A stretch of 64,000 nucleotides of DNA from Candidatus Cloacimonadales bacterium (GCA_963662275.1 OY759316.1:1024001-1088000), one strand, 5' to 3'; counted from the first letter of the stretch, positions 28,365 through 38,804 are shown. Made by a program: numbers and translations. Notes: generated by a model not told the origin, from the letters alone.

Positions 28365-29498
28365 TTAAGACTCACTTAAGAAATCGTGAAGGTTCTCTTT
28401 CGAGATAACCTTCTGGATTGTAACCGGATAGGCAGTAGAAAAAGTCTTTGGAATGGCAACTTTACTACGTTGCTTTAATTTAAACTTATAAGCGGCATAG
28501 ATTCCACTGTATTCTTCGATTAGATCAATCTCTTGCTGCATCGTTGTTCTCCAGAAGTAGAAATTGCGATACAACTGCATATTCCTGATGTATTTAATTC
28601 TCTCCGTGATAATAAAATTTTCCCATAGATCTCCCGCATCAGAGCGAGAATCAAGAGGATTGAAATTCCCCAGAATTGTGTTCAGGATTCCATTATCCCA
28701 AAAGTAAAATTTCTTTCCCTTTTTAATTTCGTTGCGGACGTTGCGATGTAAAGCGGGCAATTTATAGATGATGTATGCCTTTTCTAACAAATCAATGTAC
28801 TTTTCCACGGTAGATTTATCAGCACCTACCAGTTGAGCTAGTTCATTATAACTTACTTCATTGCTAACCTGATAAGCCAAAGCTTTCACCAGATTTTCCA
28901 GTAGAACTGGTCTGCTTATCTGCTCCAAAGCATAGATATCCTTGAACAGGTAACTGTTAGTTAATCCTCTAAGCAGCTTTTCTTCGCTTCCCTGCATTGT
29001 AACAATTTCCGGATAGTAACCATAAATCATCCGTTGCGGAGTCATCTGTTGTTCTTCAATAAAATTACTATGTTGCACCATTTCAGAATATGATAGAGGA
29101 AATAACGTATATTCAAACTTACGCCCGGTTAAGGGTTCATTGATTTTGTTTGCCAAATCAAACGAAGATGAGCCTGTAGCTATTACTTGTGTTGTTTTGA
29201 TCTGATCTACAATTATCTTCAAAGTCAACCCGATGTTCTCAATTCTTTGGGCTTCATCGATTACGACTATCTTGTAATCCGCAATAATGTTCTTTAACTG
29301 AGCAGTAGAAGGATTAGTTAGTTGATTGCGAACGAAAATATCATCTGCATTTAAATATAGGGTGCGCCTATGTTTGTGCTTATCAAGCAACATATTGACT
29401 AATGTGGTTTTACCTGATTGCCTGGGTCCCATGATAACAAGCGCTTTACCTTTGAAAATATCTGCTTCCAAATGCTGTAACAAAGTTCTAACTATCAT
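28365..29498 (-). CDS. AAA+ ATPase with DUF4143 domain
   Basis: GPRQSGKT, VIDEAQ, ATGSS, LTGR, KFYFWDNG, QEIDLI; start chosen at MIVRTL. Confidence 0.9.
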   Translation of the reverse strand: MIVRTLLQHLEADIFKGKALVIMGPRQSGKTTLVNMLLDKHKHRRTLYLNADDIFVRNQLTNPSTAQLKNIIADYKIVVIDEAQRIENIGLTLKIIVDQIKTTQVIATGSSSFDLANKINEPLTGRKFEYTLFPLSYSEMVQHSNFIEEQQMTPQRMIYGYYPEIVTMQGSEEKLLRGLTNSYLFKDIYALEQISRPVLLENLVKALAYQVSNEVSYNELAQLVGADKSTVEKYIDLLEKAYIIYKLPALHRNVRNEIKKGKKFYFWDNGILNTILGNFNPLDSRSDAGDLWENFIITERIKYIRNMQLYRNFYFWRTTMQQEIDLIEEYSGIYAAYKFKLKQRSKVAIPKTFSTAYPVTIQKVISKENLHDFLSES

Positions 29499-29681
29499 AC
29501 CCATAACGATTAAACTCCATAAACTACATTTTAGTGATTTCATTCACTTTTTATTATACAATTTAGTGAATGCAATCACAAAATTACAGTGTTTAGTTTA
29601 CTTTCTGCTGTCAAGCAAATTCCAAAAGCTTAGGTTTTATGAGTTCTATTTCCCGTGCGATTTCAAATGAACACATGCCAA

Positions 29682-29816
29682 GTAGAGACTTACAATCTGC
29701 GCGTTTCTACATCTTCTGAAACTTCAAAACCAGAATATGAGAGGAAGGGCGTATTGCCATACGCCCCTACTCTGCTAATTTGCACTTCGTACTTCGAACT
29801 TCGAACTTCGCACTTC
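29682..29816. repeat. REP-like hairpins plus heptamer repeats between genes
   Basis: GTAGAGACTTAC...GTTTCTAC (29682-29710); inverted GTAGGGGCGTATGGCAATACGCCCT (29746-29770); ~5 TTCGNAC heptamers. Confidence 0.65.
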
Positions 29817-29817
29817 C

Positions 29818-31026
29818 CTAGAGTTGGTATATTCCTGCGTTCTGGATGACATGATCGAATTGTTCTTCGTCTTCTTCATGTTCTTCGGAAGAAATGTCAC
29901 CTTCATTCTGGCGGAGCTTGCTTTGCAGGATACTGCAAATGTCGGGCGAAGCTTGGATTTCACCGTAGTTATCCAGGATACCTATCTTCAGGGTTATTTG
30001 CTCCAATGCTGCATCGGCTGCAAATTCCAAATCACCGAGATTCACTAGGACAGTGTTATCTTTCAAAGCAGCTAATCTGACATTTGTCATATTCTGTTCG
30101 CCGGTAATTACAACAAACATATCCTGATCATAAGGTATTCCTTTGCTGGTTGAACTGATCAGCTTTGCCATCTGCATCATCAAAGCCTTTGGAAAATAAG
30201 TAACTCCATTACTTTCGAAATGCACGTTCTTTTCCTTGAGTATCTCAGGCGTGATATCCGGTTGAATGAACAAATGTCCTGCTGCTGAGATGATCGGTTT
30301 GTCTATGGTCATCAAAGTAAAAGCATCCAGCTTTCCATCCCCATTCAGATAATGTGTATCTTTGGATATGATTTTGATCTTCGCTTCGGAGCTATCTGTC
30401 AGCTTTCCGTGGATTAAATCTTTCTGCTCTTTATCACCAATAATCACTCCCACAACACATAAGGAAAGAATCTTTCTCTCATAGAGGCTTGGATCAATGT
30501 CTTCAGCAAAGATCAATTTTCCTACGACAGATAAGGGAGTTTGATCGTTCAGTTTTTCAAGGAACTGGTTCGTCAGTTCTACTTTTCCCGTCATCGATTT
30601 TTCTCCTTTCACAGAGGACGAAATTTGCCCGATAACCTGTTTAGCAGTAGCCATCAGCACAGCATGGAGCACTTCAGTTATTTTGATATTACCAATCGCT
30701 ACAAGACCGGTGATTTTTTCTTGTATCAATTCTGGAGTAATGTCATCTGCGAAAGAGATATTTCCCACCAAACACAACTTCATGGGTGGTTTGGCTGCTT
30801 CGAGCATTCCCCTCGTGATATGAATATTACCCGTTTGCAGGGCGTAATCATCATCCAACTCCAAAGAACTTCCCACATTTTCCATACTGACTTTTTGGAA
30901 GAGATCCTTGTTGTCAGGATTGAATATCAGAGTACCAATATTGCGTATCTTTGTAATTTCCGCTACCTTCTCTCGTGTAGCTTTCCGGGCATCCAACATA
31001 CCCACGTTTTGAATCAGGGTAGACAT
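29818..31026 (-). CDS. Hypothetical soluble protein with four internal repeats, coupled to ECF sigma
   Basis: 402-aa ORF overlapping the sigma gene end; repeated L-x-x-x-G-x-x-x-F-x-x-D-I-x-P-E motif. Confidence 0.75.
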   Translation of the reverse strand: MSTLIQNVGMLDARKATREKVAEITKIRNIGTLIFNPDNKDLFQKVSMENVGSSLELDDDYALQTGNIHITRGMLEAAKPPMKLCLVGNISFADDITPELIQEKITGLVAIGNIKITEVLHAVLMATAKQVIGQISSSVKGEKSMTGKVELTNQFLEKLNDQTPLSVVGKLIFAEDIDPSLYERKILSLCVVGVIIGDKEQKDLIHGKLTDSSEAKIKIISKDTHYLNGDGKLDAFTLMTIDKPIISAAGHLFIQPDITPEILKEKNVHFESNGVTYFPKALMMQMAKLISSTSKGIPYDQDMFVVITGEQNMTNVRLAALKDNTVLVNLGDLEFAADAALEQITLKIGILDNYGEIQASPDICSILQSKLRQNEGDISSEEHEEDEEQFDHVIQNAGIYQL

Positions 31027-31505
31027 GATTCCTCCTTCTCTAGAATCGGTTTAATGATTTTTCTTAATGTGTCCAAAGCCTCTTTCAATCGCCAGCGTAT
31101 GGTACCTTGCGGCAAACCCATTTCCCGTGCGATTTCACGGCTGTTATAACCAAGCCAGTATCGTCGATAGACGATCTCTTTGTCGAGAGGTGGAAGATGA
31201 TCGAGATGTCTTTCCAGCAGGAATCCAGGTTCAGAAACCATTGTCCTACACGCAGGCTGGTGATACTTTAGCTGCTCTAACTTCTGATGTCTTCTGATAT
31301 CCAGGAATCGATTCTTCAATACGGAAAACAGCCAGCTTCGCTGTTTCTGAAACGTCATTCCCTCCAACATCATCAGGTAGGGTGTGCTTTTCAGCCAGGT
31401 TTCCTGCACCAGGTCTTCAGCCAAATCCTCTGTCCTCGCCAATGTCTTGGCATAGTTAAATAATGATTGGCTGTGATCGGTAATCAACTTCTCGAAAGTA
31501 TTCAT
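31014..31505 (-). CDS. ECF RNA polymerase sigma factor
   Basis: AEDLVQETWLK, SWLFSVLKNRFLD, REIAREMGLPQGTIRWRL. Confidence 0.92.
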   Translation of the reverse strand: MNTFEKLITDHSQSLFNYAKTLARTEDLAEDLVQETWLKSTPYLMMLEGMTFQKQRSWLFSVLKNRFLDIRRHQKLEQLKYHQPACRTMVSEPGFLLERHLDHLPPLDKEIVYRRYWLGYNSREIAREMGLPQGTIRWRLKEALDTLRKIIKPILEKEESCLP

Positions 31506-31534
31506 CCACTCTCCACACGATTTACATCATAACA

Positions 31535-31647
31535 AACGATTTAAGAGAGAAAAGTGTTGGAAGAATTTTGTGAATCATACAAATGAGTCTTAAAACCATC
31601 ATACATCTCCTGTATACAACTAACGTATAATGAATGAATATGGTTAG
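31535..31647 (-). promoter_or_regulatory. Two putative ECF-type promoters (AAC-N17-CGTT)
   Basis: CCAAC-17-CGTT (31560-31535) and CTAAC-17-CGTT (31647-31622) upstream of the sigma gene. Confidence 0.55.
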
Positions 31648-31750
31648 AAATTTCCTGATAAACTGTGAAACTTGATTTGCATTAAAGAAGAAAATGATCC
31701 AGTGTCAAGGTGGAAGTAATGCGAAGTGGTCAGTATCCCCTTAATTTATA

Positions 31751-31818
31751 CCAGTTTCAATCCTGTTTCATTCCTGTTTCATTCCTGTTTGATTCCTGTT
31801 TCGTTAAACAGGATTGAG
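31751..31818. repeat. 11-mer tandem repeats (CCTGTTTCATT x5) with inverted partner
   Basis: Five units followed by AAACAGGATTGA. Confidence 0.75.
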
Positions 31819-31921
31819 CTTAGTATGTTATTGATATGAACTTAGGATTGGATTGGATTGAGCTTGGTATAACGTAAGAGAAGATTAAGTGATTTGAGGA
31901 GATTCTAGGGGGATGATAAAG

Positions 31922-31997
31922 TGGTGGGTGCAGAGGGACTTGAACCCCCGACATCTTGCTTGTAAGGCAAGCGCTCTCCCAACTGAGCTATGCACCC
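31922..31997 (-). tRNA. tRNA-Val(TAC)
   Basis: Cloverleaf, anticodon TAC, GTTCAA T-loop, encoded CCA. Confidence 0.95.
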
Positions 31998-32016
31998 ACT
32001 TATGTGGTAAAAAAAT

Positions 32017-32096
<80 letters not shown>

Positions 32097-32147
32097 TTCC
32101 ATGAAATGCAAGACTTGAAACCTCCGCCAGACTGTCAAGTAAAACAA

Positions 32148-32222
<75 letters not shown>

Positions 32223-32248
32223 TCTTAAAAAAAGAACTTCATATGGTA

Positions 32249-32335
32249 TGGTACCAGAGACCGGACTTGAACCGGTACGGGCTTGCACCCGAGGGATTTT
32301 AAGTCCCTTGTGTCTACCAATTTCACCACTCCGGC
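32249..32335 (-). tRNA. tRNA-Leu(TAA)
   Basis: Long variable arm, anticodon TAA, CCA. Confidence 0.93.
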
Positions 32336-32351
32336 ACGCACATTAAATATT

Positions 32352-32425
32352 TGGAGGCGACACCCGGATTTGAACCGGGGATGAGGATTTTGCAGACCCT
32401 TGCCTTACCACTTGGCGATGTCGCC
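32352..32425 (-). tRNA. tRNA-Cys(GCA)
   Basis: GGCGACA acceptor, anticodon GCA, U73, CCA. Confidence 0.95.
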
Positions 32426-32426
32426 T

Positions 32427-32501
<75 letters not shown>

Positions 32502-32557
32502 ATACAAGTGAGCCTTTGTAAAATATAGAGTCTATTTGTCAATAGAATTTTATGTTA

Positions 32558-33103
32558 TCATTCTTCACTAAAGATTTCCGCTTCAAAACGGAACAATCTA
32601 GATGCGGGGTCTTTCCATAATTTGGGTGGTAATCCGGCATTCTTGCTTGTTTCTTCCAGGAAGCTATTGGCATCTAAATTCCACTGCAGTGATACCTGGG
32701 GAAGGAGCATACCAGATCCATAAGGATGCTTCAGATATAAACCATCCCTACCGATAACGATATCTTCAGGTCCTTTGATAATGATCATTTCAGAGAGAAC
32801 AGATATTTCGATTTTGATGTTTTCAAACTCATCTTTTGTAATGGGGGGGAATCTTGGGTCTCTAAAAGCTGCGGCTGGAGACATTTCGATCACGGTTTCA
32901 TAGATTGATTTATAAGGAAAAACGTAGCCAATACAACCGCGTAATTTTGCTTCATAGAGAAGAGACACAAAGCAACCCGTTTTTTGTTTGTAGAATCCAT
33001 TATTTGGACATGTCTCCTCAAAAGGAGTTTGATCTAAATGACACTGGATTACTTTTCTAGCAAGAGCGAGTAAAAACTTCTTCTGTTCTGTTGAAATATC
33101 CAA
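32558..33103 (-). CDS. amrA: AmmeMemoRadiSam system protein A (AMMECR1 domain)
   Basis: GCFVSL...LRGCIG, AAFRDPRF, IEISVLS, GMLLPQV. Confidence 0.92.
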   Translation of the reverse strand: MDISTEQKKFLLALARKVIQCHLDQTPFEETCPNNGFYKQKTGCFVSLLYEAKLRGCIGYVFPYKSIYETVIEMSPAAAFRDPRFPPITKDEFENIKIEISVLSEMIIIKGPEDIVIGRDGLYLKHPYGSGMLLPQVSLQWNLDANSFLEETSKNAGLPPKLWKDPASRLFRFEAEIFSEE

Positions 33104-33104
33104 A

Positions 33105-33935
33105 TTAAATTCCTCCCGTGAGTATTCCGGACATATATCCTACTACTTGGCTATCATCCAGATTCACCATACCTGAATGTGAATATTGTAGAATCTTGAA
33201 AATCGGGTTCGAAAGATAATTACTCCAGGCAAGTATGGTAAAAAGTCCACCAATTCCGCAGGCCTCAATTGATCGTTCGTTAAAATGCTGATTCAGAGTT
33301 TTCTCTGAAAGTGTTTCTAAGTCATGGCAGAGAGTACTGTCCATTTTTTCTGCGATTTGTTTGGAATGATAATGAGATAAATCAGTGGAAATAATAAACA
33401 TGACTTTATCGTTTTTGCGTTCTTGTATTTCGTGAAGTATGGAAGAGAGTTTAAGACTGTTTTCAAGTGTTTGACGACCCAGAAGGATAGGGACGATTTC
33501 AATGGGAGGTTTGATGAACTTGAGGAAGGGAAGTTGAACCTCCAGTGAATGTTCTTTTTCATGAGCATAAGCGCTGAATTGGAATTCCGGATAGTTATCC
33601 AATTCAATAAGCCACTCCCTATTTACAGGGATATTCCCTAAAGGAGTTTGATAATGGCTGTATTTGCCTTGAGAAAAGGCGAATTGATTGGAATGATGAC
33701 TGGGTGCTATGATGATAGCAATATCAAAGTCCTGACCTGAAATGGCATTATATCCTGATGCTGCGCAATCACCAGAGTATATGTACCCGGCATGTGGAGT
33801 TACAATAGCGGAAATGGGATCCTGTGATGAATACTTTGGCTTTTTCGAGAGAAAATGGCTGATCTCTTGAGTTAGCGTATCAGTATCTGCAGGATAAAAC
33901 ATACCTGCAACTGCCTCATTTCGGATTGCATACAT
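33105..33935 (-). CDS. amrB: AmmeMemoRadiSam system protein B (MEMO1 family)
   Basis: AVAGMFYP, PHAGYIYSG, EHSLEVQLPF, STDLSHY, VVGY. Confidence 0.93.
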   Translation of the reverse strand: MYAIRNEAVAGMFYPADTDTLTQEISHFLSKKPKYSSQDPISAIVTPHAGYIYSGDCAASGYNAISGQDFDIAIIIAPSHHSNQFAFSQGKYSHYQTPLGNIPVNREWLIELDNYPEFQFSAYAHEKEHSLEVQLPFLKFIKPPIEIVPILLGRQTLENSLKLSSILHEIQERKNDKVMFIISTDLSHYHSKQIAEKMDSTLCHDLETLSEKTLNQHFNERSIEACGIGGLFTILAWSNYLSNPIFKILQYSHSGMVNLDDSQVVGYMSGILTGGI

Positions 33936-34419
33936 AGTTACTCCAAATTAGAAGCTTGATTACTTCATAAATCTCATAATATTTTCAATAAATATCTATG
34001 AATTTAATTCATCAAATTTCACAGAATGAAATGTAGAAAAAATAGTCAACTAGATTATTGTATGTGGAATAAAAAAATTGTTTGTTGTTTCATCGAGCTA
34101 CAGTTTTGAAATTCTCCATAAAAGAAATATTGTCATTATTTGTTTTGAATACGAGAAATTCAAATAAATGACCAGTATCTAAGACACTGATTGTTCGAAA
34201 TTATTTTAATTAGGAAACACTCTTTATCTAGAAATAAAGGCATCTTTCAGGAGAAATCGGTAGATTTATAAAAAAAAATAAAAAAAAGGTTTGCTTTGAT
34301 TAGCAAAATATTTATTTTGTCAACTGTCATTGAAATCGAAACAGTATGATATATCCCAATGGGAAATAAATCAAAAATAAAACAAGGGTAGTAAAACCCA
34401 AAAAGAAAAGGAGAGCGAT

Positions 34420-34884
34420 ATGAAACACAAAGCTGAAAAATTCCTGGAAATCACAAACAGATTGGCAATGATGCTGAATGAACGTGATTTTTCCCAAAAA
34501 GCCTGTATCCAGGCTGGTAAGATGGAATGTGCCTTACTTCAATACCTGCATGCGGTAAAAAAACCTGTGAGTATGAATGAATTATCAAAAGAGTTAAACG
34601 TATCACACAGCCGTATTACCAGGATCATGGATAACTTGGTACAGAAAAGCTTGGTATCACGCCAGCATTCAGAAATTGATCGTCGTCGCTGGTTTGCCAC
34701 CATCACAGATGAAGGCAGAAAACTTGCAGAATTCAGCGAACAAAGTATTCTAAAGCAGCAGGAAAAAGTCCTTACGAAGTTATCTGCTGATAAAGCGGAA
34801 GGTTTGTACGAATTCTTAGAGCTTTATGTGAAAATCTATGATGAAGTATTGAAGGAAGAGGGTGCTCCAAGGAGTGACTTCTAA
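34420..34884 (+). CDS. MarR family transcriptional regulator
   Basis: SRITRIMDNLVQKSLV, DRR, TDEG winged-helix motifs. Confidence 0.9.
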   Translation: MKHKAEKFLEITNRLAMMLNERDFSQKACIQAGKMECALLQYLHAVKKPVSMNELSKELNVSHSRITRIMDNLVQKSLVSRQHSEIDRRRWFATITDEGRKLAEFSEQSILKQQEKVLTKLSADKAEGLYEFLELYVKIYDEVLKEEGAPRSDF

Positions 34885-35302
34885 AGCTACTATCCAATGG
34901 AAGGGTGGTATGCAATTTGATACTGATATCAATGGACATCAGATCACTTTGGATGCCACTCCTGAATTTGGTGGGAACGGTGAAGGTTCCACACCAAAGC
35001 CTTTACTCCTGGTTTCTTTAGCAGGATGTACAGGTATGGATGTTGTCTCTTTACTGAAAAAGATGCATGTGGATAATTTTCAAATGTGGATTGAAGTTGA
35101 AGGTGAGCTGACGGAAGAACATCCGGTCATCTATCATACGATTCATCTTCATTATCATTTCACAATGGAACATATCGCACATAAATTTATCACGCGTGCC
35201 ATTGAATTATCGCAGACAAGATATTGCGGTGTGTACGCTATGCTTAGTAAATCATCACATATTCTGACAAAAATATTTGTCAACGATAAGGAGATAGCAT
35301 GA
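34862..35302 (+). CDS. OsmC family protein
   Basis: PKPLLLVSLAGCTGMDV, second Cys in RYCGV. Confidence 0.9.
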   Translation: MLQGVTSKATIQWKGGMQFDTDINGHQITLDATPEFGGNGEGSTPKPLLLVSLAGCTGMDVVSLLKKMHVDNFQMWIEVEGELTEEHPVIYHTIHLHYHFTMEHIAHKFITRAIELSQTRYCGVYAMLSKSSHILTKIFVNDKEIA

Positions 35303-35778
35303 AGCAATTAACCATTATCTTACTAATTTTCATGACGATTATGCCAATCATGTTGTTTTCCAAGCAGGCAGCAGATAAGGCTACTACAGAAAAAAACATT
35401 TGGTTTACAGATTTTGATCAAGCTATGAAGGTTGCTCAAGCTCGGAATGTGCCAATATTAATCGATTTCACTGGTTCAGATTGGTGTATCTGGTGTAAAA
35501 AATTAACGTCAGAAGTTTTCGACAAAAAAGTCTTCACTGATTATGCAAAGAAGAATCTGGTTCTCTTGAAAATTGACTTTCCTCGCGCCATACCACAAAC
35601 AGTGGCTGAAAAAAAGAAGAATCAGGAGCTGCAACAGAAGTACAAAGTTGAAGGTTATCCATCAATCATCCTGGTTAATGCTTCCGGTACGGAGATAAAC
35701 AGAACAGGATATCAAACTGGTGGACCAGTTAAGTATGTTAATCATATCAAAGATTTATTAAGCAAACAATCTGAATAA
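35299..35778 (+). CDS. Exported thioredoxin-family protein
   Basis: Signal peptide; FTGSDWCIWC, GYP cis-Pro. Confidence 0.9.
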   Translation: MKQLTIILLIFMTIMPIMLFSKQAADKATTEKNIWFTDFDQAMKVAQARNVPILIDFTGSDWCIWCKKLTSEVFDKKVFTDYAKKNLVLLKIDFPRAIPQTVAEKKKNQELQQKYKVEGYPSIILVNASGTEINRTGYQTGGPVKYVNHIKDLLSKQSE

Positions 35779-35797
35779 AAAAAGATTAGCAAGTTAT

Positions 35798-35822
35798 GCC
35801 CGGTGATGACCGGGCTTTTTTT
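35798..35822 (+). terminator. Intrinsic terminator
   Basis: GCCCGGT-GATG-ACCGGGC followed by T-run. Confidence 0.85.
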
Positions 35823-35925
35823 ATAATCAGATCGGAGGTAATGATGATATCCGTTTCAATTAAAATATTCCTTGACCGTACTGTTTTGTTTTCAATATCT
35901 AAGACAATCATAAATTCAAGCAGTA

Positions 35926-36234
35926 GTGAATTCAGTGGAGAGTATAATGAATATACGTTTTAGAGATGTTTCTTCCGGAATCGTAGAAGCCCGGGCGGTC
36001 ATAGAATTTGGTAACGGTGTTTTTATCAATGAGGTTACAATTCTTAACAGAGAAAATCAATTTGAAGTGGAATTACCTCAGAAAGGTTTTAAAGGAAAAG
36101 ATGCTAAAATGCACTATATTGACATTATCACTTTTGAAAATGAGGATAAGAAAGTTCTGTTTGAGTTGGAGGTAAAGGAAGCATTTTTGGAATGGCGAAG
36201 GGAAAATAAAAAAGTATTGGTGTATGAAGCCTGA
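35926..36234 (+). CDS. SpoVG-like small protein
   Basis: A-x-A-V-I-E-F...I-N-E-V...V-E-L-P...Y-I-D-I pattern resembles SpoVG; upstream of hflX. Confidence 0.5.
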   Translation: MNSVESIMNIRFRDVSSGIVEARAVIEFGNGVFINEVTILNRENQFEVELPQKGFKGKDAKMHYIDIITFENEDKKVLFELEVKEAFLEWRRENKKVLVYEA

Positions 36235-37525
36235 TAGTAAAGTACGTGCCTTCCTCGTTAGTGTTTGTGAAAAAAATGAACAGAAACGCGATCATTTTCA
36301 AGAGAGTCTCGATGAATTAGAACTTCTTGCGGGTACCGTGAATGTTGATGTTGTTAACAAGTTTGTTCAGTCTCTAGATAAACCAAATAATAAGACATAT
36401 GTCGGATCAGGTAAGTTAAAGGAAATTAAGCAGCATTTGAGTGAAGCAAGTGTAGATACATTAATCTTTAATGATAATCTCACCCCAGCACAAGCAAAGA
36501 ACATCACATCTGTGACTCATTGCAATGTTGTTGATCGAACTGAATTGATCCTGGATATTTTTGCTATGCATGCCCGGACAAACTCTTCCAAACTACAAGT
36601 TGAACTAGCACAACTGGAATATAATTACTCCAAGCTACGTAATCTTTGGCAGCATTTGTCTCGTATTGAGGGTGGAATTGGTATGCGTGGACCTGGTGAA
36701 AAACAGATCGAAATTGATAGAAGGACAATCAAAAAGCGTATTTCCATCTTAAAGGGCAGGTTGAAGGAAATTCAGCAGAATGAATTGACAAAAAGGAAAA
36801 CAAGGGATACTCAGTTTACTGTTGCAATTGCCGGATATACAAATGCCGGTAAATCAACTTTATTCAATAGATTGACACGTTCAGATGTGTTTGTTGCAGA
36901 TCAGCTCTTTGCGACTTTGGATGCAACGACTAGACGCTTGAGACTCCCCAATGGAAATGAAGTTGTACTGACAGATACGATAGGTTTTATCAAAAACTTA
37001 CCTCATACATTAATATCATCGTTCTATGCTACTTTACTTGAAGTTGTTGAAGCTGATCTGATATTGCATGTCATTGACTTCAGTAATTTTCAAATGCAAG
37101 ATAATATCCGGTCAGTTGCTGAAGTGCTGAAGGAAATTAAAGCTGATCAGACAGATACAATTTATGTGTTTAATAAATGGGATGCTGTGGATGGAGTGGG
37201 GAAGATGTTTCTCAGGAAACAAATGCAGATGCAATATCATAACGCTGTGTTTATTTCTGCAAAAACAGGTGAAAATATACAGGATTTGATCCAGATGATT
37301 AACCAGAACCTGGAACGAAGAGTCAATTCAAGCCAAGTTAGAATTCCGGAGGAAATGGATAAACTACTCGCTTTTATCATGAAACAAACGGAAGTAATAG
37401 ATGCTGATTTTGATGAAGAATCAAAAGAATATGTTGTGCATCTTATTACCTCATCAAGTTTGTTAAAAAATATCAAAGAACAAGTTGACAATTTTAAAGA
37501 ACAAAAATATATAATGTCTCATTAA
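36224..37525 (+). CDS. hflX: GTPase HflX
   Basis: LILDIFA, RGPGEKQIE, GYTNAGKS, DQLFATLD, DTIGF, NKWD, SAK. Confidence 0.96.
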   Translation: MKPDSKVRAFLVSVCEKNEQKRDHFQESLDELELLAGTVNVDVVNKFVQSLDKPNNKTYVGSGKLKEIKQHLSEASVDTLIFNDNLTPAQAKNITSVTHCNVVDRTELILDIFAMHARTNSSKLQVELAQLEYNYSKLRNLWQHLSRIEGGIGMRGPGEKQIEIDRRTIKKRISILKGRLKEIQQNELTKRKTRDTQFTVAIAGYTNAGKSTLFNRLTRSDVFVADQLFATLDATTRRLRLPNGNEVVLTDTIGFIKNLPHTLISSFYATLLEVVEADLILHVIDFSNFQMQDNIRSVAEVLKEIKADQTDTIYVFNKWDAVDGVGKMFLRKQMQMQYHNAVFISAKTGENIQDLIQMINQNLERRVNSSQVRIPEEMDKLLAFIMKQTEVIDADFDEESKEYVVHLITSSSLLKNIKEQVDNFKEQKYIMSH

Positions 37526-37568
37526 TTCAGATAACCAATATGATGTAAATATAAAAAATGGAGGAATT

Positions 37569-38789
37569 ATGATTCGTGATCTTGATGAAATCTTATCAGT
37601 AAACATCAAAAGTATGAAACGCTCAGCAATTCGTGAATTGCTCAAACTGATCAGTCGACCAGAGATCATCTCATTTGCCGGAGGATTACCTTCTCCTGAT
37701 TCTTTTGCCGTGGAAGAACTCAAGGAAGTTATTGCCGGTGTCATGGAAAAAGAAGCAGCTTTTGCGCTTCAGTATGGTGCCACAGAAGGCGATACACTCT
37801 TACGAGAATTATTAGTTACCCGTTATCGTTCTCTCGGTATGGATATCACCATTGATAACTTGGTGATTGTAACAGCATCTCAGCAAGCGTTAGACTTGAT
37901 ATGCAAAATGTTCCTCAATCGTGGAGATAAAGTCATCGTTGAATTACCATCTTATCTTGGCGGTTTAAGTGCAATCAATTCCTATGGGGGAGAACCGATT
38001 GGGATACCTGTAGATGACAACGGAATGAGAGCAGACCTTTTAGAAAAGAAATTGGCAGAAATGAAGAAACATGGTGAAAAGCCAAAATTTATTTATATCA
38101 TCCCGGATTTCCAGAATCCAGCCGGTGTAACAATGGGTGAAGCACGTCGTACTGAAATTCTTGCCATTGCACATAAATATGATGTGCTTATCCTGGAAGA
38201 TAGTCCCTATCGTGAGCTTCGTTATGAAGGCAAACATCAGCGTACCCTTTATGAGATGGATGGTACAGGACAAGTGATTATGATCTGCACTTTCTCAAAA
38301 ACATTTGTACCTGGCTTCCGTATTGGTTGGGTCATTGCTGATCCAGCCATCAATGACAAGATAGTTCTTGGCAAGCAGGCAGCAGACTTATGCACACCTG
38401 CTTTTACGCAAAGAATTGCTGCTCGTTATATGGAAAAAGGATACCTCGATTCAAAGATCAAGGATATCATAGACCAATATCGTATCAAGAAGAACGTGAT
38501 GCTTGAGTCTTTAGAGAAGTATATGCCGGAAGGTGTAACCTGGACAAAACCGGAAGGTGGATTGTTCCTTCAGTTATCATGTCCTGAATATATGGATACA
38601 AGTGATCTGCTTATCAAAGCAATTGACCAGGAGAAAGTGGCTTTTGTTGCTGGAACATCATTCTATTGTGATGGTTCCGGTTTGAACACCATGCGTTTGA
38701 ATTTCTCTTATACATCGATCGATAAAACAAGAGAAGGTATCAAGCGTTTAGCAAATGTAATAAAACAGGAAATGAAAGCTAGTAAATAG
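37569..38789 (+). CDS. PLP-dependent class I/II aminotransferase (LysN/ARO8-like)
   Basis: ISFAGGLP, PDFQNPAG, EDSPY, TFSKTFVPGFRIGW. Confidence 0.92.
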   Translation: MIRDLDEILSVNIKSMKRSAIRELLKLISRPEIISFAGGLPSPDSFAVEELKEVIAGVMEKEAAFALQYGATEGDTLLRELLVTRYRSLGMDITIDNLVIVTASQQALDLICKMFLNRGDKVIVELPSYLGGLSAINSYGGEPIGIPVDDNGMRADLLEKKLAEMKKHGEKPKFIYIIPDFQNPAGVTMGEARRTEILAIAHKYDVLILEDSPYRELRYEGKHQRTLYEMDGTGQVIMICTFSKTFVPGFRIGWVIADPAINDKIVLGKQAADLCTPAFTQRIAARYMEKGYLDSKIKDIIDQYRIKKNVMLESLEKYMPEGVTWTKPEGGLFLQLSCPEYMDTSDLLIKAIDQEKVAFVAGTSFYCDGSGLNTMRLNFSYTSIDKTREGIKRLANVIKQEMKASK

Positions 38790-38804
38790 ATAAATCAATG
38801 AATG

